Shown here piece by piece: positions 58,037 through 64,000 of a stretch of 64,000 nucleotides of DNA. Within the stretch, counting starts at the first letter, position 1. Every line of letters starts with the position of its first letter. The notes beneath the pieces are model-generated. The model ran no database searches and was not told where the DNA came from. It saw only the letters and a list, made by a program, of their open reading frames with translations. Both the position numbers and the translations under genes were made by a program. The stretch is from Candidatus Adlerbacteria bacterium (GTDB lineage: Bacteria; Patescibacteriota; Minisyncoccia; Phycocordibacterales; SBAW01): the NCBI GenBank assembly GCA_903851045.1, contig CAINNF010000015.1, positions 32,644 through 96,643 on the forward strand, given 5' to 3'.

Positions 58037-58624
58037 TTACTCGCAACCGTTAGAGAGACTTGTAGAGGTAGTGCTCGTAACGCTTATAAGCCCCGGACCA
58101 ACGGTACCGCTGATAGACGGCGTCTCAAGGAACGTACAGATCTGAAAATCCAAGATCGTGGGATATCCATACCCATAAGAACCCGTTGTTGCTCGCGAGA
58201 TTGAATACTGGCACGAACTAACTGATTTTGCTCCGCCTGCGGCATTTCCTTGGCAAGCCGTGGATGAATTGTATGCATCGATATAATTAGCGAACCCTGT
58301 CTGATATGCGCCGTTCACCGCACCTATACCCAAACAGCCAGTGACGTTTGTGTATGAAACCGCACCGTTCGTGCCACACTGGGTCGTGCCTCCGTTGCCT
58401 GCTGTATAGAAATTCCACGTCGCGCCAGTATTAACCAACTCGATACTTTTAGCCATCTCCTGTAGGGAGGCGACCCGATGTGCATCACGCCCTTTCACCC
58501 GAGCACTAAGCAAAGACACCAACACAATCGAGGACAGAATGCCAATAATAGCCACAACAACTAATAGCTCTATCAAAGTGAACCCAGCCTGACGATGAGC
58601 GGGACCTCGAGGGTGTAAGTACAT
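58037..58624 (-). CDS. Type IV pilin/pseudopilin-like protein
   Basis: Prepilin leader then GFTLIELLVVVAIIGIL (class III signal, N-methylation motif). Confidence 0.65.
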   Translation of the reverse strand: MYLHPRGPAHRQAGFTLIELLVVVAIIGILSSIVLVSLLSARVKGRDAHRVASLQEMAKSIELVNTGATWNFYTAGNGGTTQCGTNGAVSYTNVTGCLGIGAVNGAYQTGFANYIDAYNSSTACQGNAAGGAKSVSSCQYSISRATTGSYGYGYPTILDFQICTFLETPSISGTVGPGLISVTSTTSTSLSNGCE

Positions 58625-58683
58625 ACTATGGATATTACCGCACAACACACGATGGCGAAAGCGCTCTCTGTGCATAAAATGTC

Positions 58684-59859
58684 TTATAGCTTCTTTAACA
58701 GATATTCGGCGGTGATCGTCGACGCGCTCAATGCCGTCGGTATGGCGAGTCGCCGCTGCATCTCATCGGCTATTTCATGGTCGAAGATGCGCAGTACGAG
58801 CGGTACGCTCGGCTGTATCGAACGGGCGATAAGCCCGATCTCTAGGTTCTTCAGGTCGTTTTGGATGACCGACAAGAGCGACTTAGCTTGCGCTATGTTC
58901 GCGCGACGCAGATTGCGTGAAAGGCTCGCGTCGGCGATGAACACGTGCCCGCCGCTCGCACGGATATGTTCGGCGAACCTGTTGTCCGGGTTACTCTCCA
59001 GCACGAGCACCGTATACCCACGCCGAAGGAGTTCATACGCCACTTGATACCCCAACCGCCCAAGCCCGCACAGGATGATGTGGTCACGCAACGTGTACTG
59101 TTTGCGACCAAGCGCGAGCTCGGCACGCCGATTCAAGAGCCATTCGACGATGAGCGTGAACGCAATGGAGCTGAACGACACCCCGATGAACATCAGCACG
59201 ATACCGAACAGCTTGGTCGCGAGCGGCGCGTTCAAAAGAGTGATATCACCGAACCCCGTCGTCGTTATGACCGCCGCAGTGAAGTAGAGCGCGTTGATCC
59301 AGGACAAAGCGTATTCAAAATGGAACATACACGCCGACACCGCAACGATCACGAAGAAGCATGCCGCTATCATGATGATCGGCGTGAACAAAGGAGAACG
59401 ACTAGACTCGTCCACGTCCGAGATCCCCGCAACCTGTGTCTGAGATTTCTTCGGTTTCTTCAATGCCGCATCAGCGAACTTGGCGGCTGCGATAGCGGCA
59501 GGGTTGAACACTTCGAGCGACTTATGCCCAGACCGAAGGTGCGGCGCAAGGTGGTCGTTGAAGAGCGACACGATAAGACGTGCGTTGGGGTTGAGCTTCG
59601 ACGCGATGAGGAAGAATTGGATATTGAACCGGTCTTCGTCGTCGATAAGATAGACCACGTCCGCCGTCCCTATGCCCGCAAGCTCGAACTTTTCTTGATA
59701 CTGCTCATAGATCGAATGCTCGCCGTTGGCGGCAAGCGACTTCTCCGTCGAGTCGGACACGACACGGGTCGCATTTACCCCCTTCTCTTTGAGCTTGCGG
59801 TACACCTGAAAGCTCAGATGCCCTTCGCCAGCGATAAGTACTCGTAGGTCCTTCTTCAT
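58684..59859 (-). CDS. Potassium channel protein with RCK/TrkA-N domains
   Basis: TTTGFGDI selectivity filter between two TM helices. N- and C-terminal Rossmann-like RCK segments (GLGRLGYQV). Confidence 0.75.
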   Translation of the reverse strand: MKKDLRVLIAGEGHLSFQVYRKLKEKGVNATRVVSDSTEKSLAANGEHSIYEQYQEKFELAGIGTADVVYLIDDEDRFNIQFFLIASKLNPNARLIVSLFNDHLAPHLRSGHKSLEVFNPAAIAAAKFADAALKKPKKSQTQVAGISDVDESSRSPLFTPIIMIAACFFVIVAVSACMFHFEYALSWINALYFTAAVITTTGFGDITLLNAPLATKLFGIVLMFIGVSFSSIAFTLIVEWLLNRRAELALGRKQYTLRDHIILCGLGRLGYQVAYELLRRGYTVLVLESNPDNRFAEHIRASGGHVFIADASLSRNLRRANIAQAKSLLSVIQNDLKNLEIGLIARSIQPSVPLVLRIFDHEIADEMQRRLAIPTALSASTITAEYLLKKL

Positions 59860-59952
59860 ATCTGCACATAAGTATATCAGAAGTCCTTATACACAACCCA
59901 CGTACCGTCGTATAAAAAGGGCAAGACAACTTGTGTCTTGCCCTGCGATTAT

Positions 59953-60399
59953 TCATCCCTCTGATTCGACATGCGCGTCAATCCTTCTGTTGAGAGCCCA
60001 CAACAGGGCACGAAAATGTGCCATGTTCTGGAGTATCTGGGTGAGCAGGAGTTGCGCCATCGCATCCCGCACATCCTTGACGGTCTGTGCGTTCGTAAAC
60101 AACTTCGTATACCCTGACACGCCTCCCGTGAGCGGGTCCACCAGACTACCAATAAGTCGCAAGGTTTCGGCTATAGCACTCAGCTGTATAAAGTCTCTGC
60201 GACACGCCGTACAATGCCGTTCCTTGGCGCGCGCGAAATCATGCATCAACCTATCATACTCAGCCTGAATTACCTTTGGATCGGTAATATGCTCGCCGAG
60301 CACCATTCTTTGGTACTCCCGCCCCGCCTGCACCTCTACCATTGCAGTGAAGGTCGGGTTCGCTCTCCTATCCTGCATCACCGCAGACGACGCAGACAC
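59953..60399 (-). CDS. Hypothetical protein
   Basis: ORF only. Confidence 0.35.
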   Translation of the reverse strand: MSASSAVMQDRRANPTFTAMVEVQAGREYQRMVLGEHITDPKVIQAEYDRLMHDFARAKERHCTACRRDFIQLSAIAETLRLIGSLVDPLTGGVSGYTKLFTNAQTVKDVRDAMAQLLLTQILQNMAHFRALLWALNRRIDAHVESEG

Positions 60400-60503
60400 T
60401 TTACCCTCCCTTTATACAAAGAGCTTCTCCCCAGCCATCATGGCAGAGATGGCAGTAATCGTATACCTACCGCTTATTTCGTCAATCTGGTTGTGCACTC
60501 GGC

Positions 60504-61364
60504 TTATCTCGGAAAGATATCGGTCAGTTCATCGGACTTGTAGAAATCTACCCCAAGCTCGCCGTACGTATAAGTGTTGCCCCCTGTCGTGATCGCCGCA
60601 CCACCCACACCCGGGTCGCCGTTTGGGTGTGATGCCTGATAGCCGATATTGAAAAGGGTCACGATGATACCGGGATCCCTCGACGCATCGAACCCCTGAC
60701 TCTGCCATTGCGCCTCTATCTCTTTGATGAACAGGGCGGTATAGAGATACGAGTAGTAATGATTGGTCGGGTCCGTGAGCCGCGCATAGAGCTCCGCATC
60801 ATGGTTAGCGCCCGGGTCATAGGCTATGAGTTCTTGCATCCCCGCACCCGGGTAAAATGGCGAGGTCGTGCTCGCTGCATACTCTTCGATCCTGTTGGCG
60901 GTCTCTTGTTTGATACCCGACACGCCGAGCGAGAACTGCGACAACGAACCGAGGATCTTCAACGGCTCGAAATACCGCTTGAACACCTCTCTCTCGGCAG
61001 TAAAGAAGCGGATCTGCTCCGGTACGACCGCCGCGACTATCATACGTTCTGGTATGCCTGTCTTGAGGCTCACGTCGTTCAAGATCGGTGTATCCTTCTC
61101 GATACCAACCTTGATGACCGACCATTCCGGTGTTTGGCTCCATGAGCACGCTCGAGCAGCCGGGTCGGTACACACGAGCGTCGTACTCGCGGTCGAGGTG
61201 TTTGGCGCGCTCGGCAAGAAGAATTGGTCACGCTCCTTGCTGGAGCCGCGGACGTTGAGCAGTCCGAATTGCATAGCGACAAAGACACCCGTAAAGAGCA
61301 TCCCTATGAGCGCGAACGCGCCCACCACGACGAAAAAAATATACTTCAGCACCGTCTTCAGCAT
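60504..61364 (-). CDS. Membrane-anchored hypothetical protein (286 aa)
   Basis: N-terminal TM helix. Large soluble domain with no recognised motifs. Confidence 0.45.
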   Translation of the reverse strand: MLKTVLKYIFFVVVGAFALIGMLFTGVFVAMQFGLLNVRGSSKERDQFFLPSAPNTSTASTTLVCTDPAARACSWSQTPEWSVIKVGIEKDTPILNDVSLKTGIPERMIVAAVVPEQIRFFTAEREVFKRYFEPLKILGSLSQFSLGVSGIKQETANRIEEYAASTTSPFYPGAGMQELIAYDPGANHDAELYARLTDPTNHYYSYLYTALFIKEIEAQWQSQGFDASRDPGIIVTLFNIGYQASHPNGDPGVGGAAITTGGNTYTYGELGVDFYKSDELTDIFPR

Positions 61365-62129
61365 TTATATTCTGGACAAGGTGGTCGAACTCGCCGCCCG
61401 GGCACTTTCGGCATCCAAGCGAACGAGCGCGAGACGAGTCTTGTCACCCACCATACCATATCCGGTCGTTTTTTCGCTACCACCACAGGCGATATGATGG
61501 TCGCATTGGAATCGTTGCACCGCCTCGCGCGTCTTTTGACCGAAGCGACCAGTTTCGTGTCCCGGCGAACCGTCCCCGTCTTGGGCGACGATGTACCCAT
61601 TGCTGTTGAGCAACCGCTGCAGCACTCTCACCTGTGTCCCTGTCGAGCCGACCCGCAGCGTCGACCTGATGGGCATCGGGTCCCAACACGCAACCGACCC
61701 AAGCCACGGTGCGGTACCTTGTGTCTCGTATAGATAGCGCGCGTAGCCCAAGTTCCCGTCGAGCGTGTTTATATTAAACCCGAGTGCGGCGGCGCTGTCG
61801 CCGTGAATAGCGGCCGCTTCTTGAAAGACACCCACCATACCACCAGTCCCGCCGAAAAGTGGGTTACCGTACGGGTCGAACTGACGAAAACCCGATTCGC
61901 ATTTCGCGATCCGGATCATCACGGGGACATCAGCAAAGTCCTGTCGAACTTTCGCTTCGACATCGTCCGAGTTGAAAGGGTCAAGGGATATGTTCGTTGT
62001 CGTCGTGGTTGCGGGAATGTCCGGCGTCGTAGTCGCGGTCTGTGCGTGAGCGGTCTGAGTCAGTATAACTACCGAAAGCAGCACTCCAACCAATATCAGG
62101 CGGTGCACCCCTTTAGTGTAGCATAGCAA
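61365..62129 (-). CDS. Secreted protein with an Rpf-like transglycosylase motif and a C-terminal peptidoglycan-binding (PG_binding_1-like) domain
   Basis: Signal peptide. IAKCESGFRQFDP...GGMVGVFQ resembles the Rpf/transglycosylase-like domain. C-terminal LRVGSTGTQVRVLQRLLNSNGY...FGQKTREAVQRFQ. Confidence 0.5.
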   Translation of the reverse strand: MLCYTKGVHRLILVGVLLSVVILTQTAHAQTATTTPDIPATTTTTNISLDPFNSDDVEAKVRQDFADVPVMIRIAKCESGFRQFDPYGNPLFGGTGGMVGVFQEAAAIHGDSAAALGFNINTLDGNLGYARYLYETQGTAPWLGSVACWDPMPIRSTLRVGSTGTQVRVLQRLLNSNGYIVAQDGDGSPGHETGRFGQKTREAVQRFQCDHHIACGGSEKTTGYGMVGDKTRLALVRLDAESARAASSTTLSRI

Positions 62130-62152
62130 AACGCACCCCTGGCAAGCCCCTC

Positions 62153-62560
62153 TTACTGCAACACGACCGTGTCGCCATCCTTAAGCAAAAGCTCCGTCAC
62201 GACGAAAAGCTGCGGAAACACCTCTCGCACGATCTCCTTCGCTTTCGCCAACTCTTCCTCATGGAATCGGATCTCATCCTCTCGTGATGGAAAGTTCGCG
62301 CTCCCGCCGTACGCTCCGCAGTCTATGTGATTGGTGAGGATGATCTGGTGCGGATCATGGAGCTTGATCGATATGCCGATATTTTCGAGCAGCGACGTCT
62401 TGTCCTCGGCCTCCAGCGGCGACGTGAGGTTCTTGCATGATCCTGCGACCTCTATGAGATCGAAATCGCCGTATTTCTTCTGCAACAGTGGCAACGCCTG
62501 CGGCCAGAACCGGTAATCGATGCATGACACGACGATCGATAACTTTTTTGGATGAGACAT
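62153..62560 (-). CDS. Small beta-carbonic-anhydrase-like protein (135 aa)
   Basis: CIDYR and HIDCGAYGG resemble the beta-CA zinc-ligand motifs (CxDxR ... HxxCG). Shorter than typical beta-CAs. Confidence 0.4.
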   Translation of the reverse strand: MSHPKKLSIVVSCIDYRFWPQALPLLQKKYGDFDLIEVAGSCKNLTSPLEAEDKTSLLENIGISIKLHDPHQIILTNHIDCGAYGGSANFPSREDEIRFHEEELAKAKEIVREVFPQLFVVTELLLKDGDTVVLQ

Positions 62561-62610
62561 TCGTATAGTATAATGCACATATATACAGTTTAATAAAGAC
62601 ACATCGATAC

Positions 62611-63657
62611 ATGGACACTTTTTTCGTCGGGTTGCTTGCGTTCGTCCCCATCGCCATCGGCGCACACCTGCTGGGTGTCTCACCTTCGATCGTCTTCTTT
62701 CTCTCCGCACTCGCTATCGTACCCCTCGCCAAGTTCATCGGTGAGTCGACCGAGGAGCTCGCTTCGCGCACCTCACCTGCGGTCGGCGGACTCCTGAGCG
62801 CCACGTTCGGTAACGCGACCGAACTCATCATCGGCATCTTCGCTTTGAAAGCCGGACTGATCGAGGTCGTGAAGGCGTCCATCACCGGCTCCATTATCGG
62901 CAATCTCCTGCTCGTCCTTGGACTTTCCATGTTCGTGGGCGGTATGAAGAGAGAGAAGCAGACCTTCAACCGCACCGGGGTCCTTGCGAGCGGCTCGACG
63001 CTCTTTCTTGCACTCATCGCGCTCGTTATGCCGGCGATATTCCTCCAAACCGCACCGACCGTAGATGGTGCGATCGTCGAGCACCTCAGCGTGCTCGTAT
63101 CGATCGCACTACTCATCATGTACGCCGCAAGCCTCTTCTTTTCCTTGCATACACACAAACACCTCTACACCGAAGAGGCTGGGGAGTTCGAGTCGAAGTG
63201 GAGCGTCACGCGTAGCCTCCTCACTCTGCTCGCAGCGACGCTCGCGGTGACCTGGGTCAGCGAGATTCTGGTCGGCTCGATAGAACCCGTGGTCGCAAGC
63301 TTCGGATGGACACAGCTGTTCGTCGGCGTCATCTTCGTCGCCATCATCGGTAACGCCGCGGAACACTTCTCTGCCGTAAGCGCTGCCCTGAAGAACCGCA
63401 TGGACCTCTCCCTCCAGATCGCCGTGGGCTCAGCGACACAGATCGTGCTTGCGGTCGCTCCCGTGCTCGTGCTCGTGAGCCTGCTCTTTAGCCAACAGAT
63501 GAGCTTGGTGTTCAACCTATTCGAACTCGTCTCGATCGTGCTCTCGGTGATCATCGTCAACTTCATCGTCGCCGATGGCGAGAGCAACTGGCTCGAAGGT
63601 GCGCAACTGCTCATGGCGTACGCGATCATCGCTATCGCCTTCTTCTTTCATCCCTAA
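62611..63657 (+). CDS. Ca2+/H+ antiporter (CaCA family)
   Basis: Duplicated alpha-repeat motifs GNATELIIG and GNAAEHFSA. About 11 TM helices. Confidence 0.8.
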   Translation: MDTFFVGLLAFVPIAIGAHLLGVSPSIVFFLSALAIVPLAKFIGESTEELASRTSPAVGGLLSATFGNATELIIGIFALKAGLIEVVKASITGSIIGNLLLVLGLSMFVGGMKREKQTFNRTGVLASGSTLFLALIALVMPAIFLQTAPTVDGAIVEHLSVLVSIALLIMYAASLFFSLHTHKHLYTEEAGEFESKWSVTRSLLTLLAATLAVTWVSEILVGSIEPVVASFGWTQLFVGVIFVAIIGNAAEHFSAVSAALKNRMDLSLQIAVGSATQIVLAVAPVLVLVSLLFSQQMSLVFNLFELVSIVLSVIIVNFIVADGESNWLEGAQLLMAYAIIAIAFFFHP

Positions 63658-64000
63658 CACACGACGACCCGGCAACGTACCCGGTCGACCAACATAGCTG
63701 GAGCGAATAGCCGCCGGAGGGACGGTTGATGTGCAAAAGGTCGCCCGTGAGATAGAGGTTGGGTACGATCCGCGAGCGCATCGTGCGCATATCGAGTTCG
63801 GTCAACGGCACACCACCGTCGGCAACGACCGCTCGGTCGAACCCCATCAACCCCGTGACGGTAAGTGGGAGCGCCTTGAGCATGCGCGCGATGACCTTAC
63901 GATCTTCTTTCGTGACCGAATGCACCTTTATCTCCGTGTCCAGGCGAGTCTCCAGCAACATGAGCACTCCTTTCGCCACACCACCCGTCACGAACTCCCC
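63632..64000 (-). CDS. HI0933/BaiN-family flavoprotein, C-terminal part (N-terminus beyond window end)
   Basis: ...PLTELDMRTMRSRIVPNLYLTGDLLHINRPSGGYSLQLCWSTGYVAG matches the conserved C-terminus of HI0933-like FAD enzymes. Confidence 0.5.
   Translation of the reverse strand, partial: GEFVTGGVAKGVLMLLETRLDTEIKVHSVTKEDRKVIARMLKALPLTVTGLMGFDRAVVADGGVPLTELDMRTMRSRIVPNLYLTGDLLHINRPSGGYSLQLCWSTGYVAGSSCVRDERRRR

Noticed and set aside
58945-59847. 300-aa plus-strand ORF antisense to the K+ channel gene
   Set aside because: The K+ channel selectivity filter TTTGFGDI and RCK motifs are on the minus strand. The antisense frame is Arg/Glu-rich.

Overview
The window is a mosaic of moderately high-GC housekeeping genes (about 58-62% GC) interrupted by lower-GC accessory segments. 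Class F sortases, a UPF0182 membrane protein, a GroES with an N-terminal extension and an RRM protein suggest an Actinobacteria- or CPR-like host, but this is inference. Housekeeping genes found: nadE (partial), a NadM-like NMN adenylyltransferase/Nudix enzyme, aspartokinase, groES-groEL, secG, an oligopeptide-type substrate-binding protein, RNase J, lexA, DedA, an RCK K+ channel, a Ca2+/H+ antiporter, and a MarR-MFP-MFP-MFS(DHA2) efflux operon. The main accessory feature is a roughly 9-kb low-GC defence island at about 20.9-30.1 kb on the minus strand. It reads mazG-like, hsdM, a HEPN-motif ORF (Rx4H), hsdS, a PanA-like HTH+DUF4065 antitoxin with a small putative toxin, hsdR, a wHTH-GHKL ATPase-STAS(DUF4325) protein, and a 120-nt hsdR-derived relic. 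A second accessory tract (about 8.2-15.3 kb) ends at tRNA-Asn(GTT). It carries an orphan pstS, five same-strand small ORFs each with its own SD, an 0.8-kb gene-free decayed stretch and an AT-rich membrane protein. Other notable items are two class-F sortase/substrate pairs using an xPNTG sorting motif, a 27-bp perfect inverted repeat element just upstream of the efflux MFS gene, GTGTAT/ATACAC palindromes at lexA, and a 0.55-kb gene-free tract between convergent genes that may encode a structured RNA. No CRISPR array, rRNA or integrase was found. All calls rest on reading the six-frame translations and sequence motifs by eye; no database searches were run.
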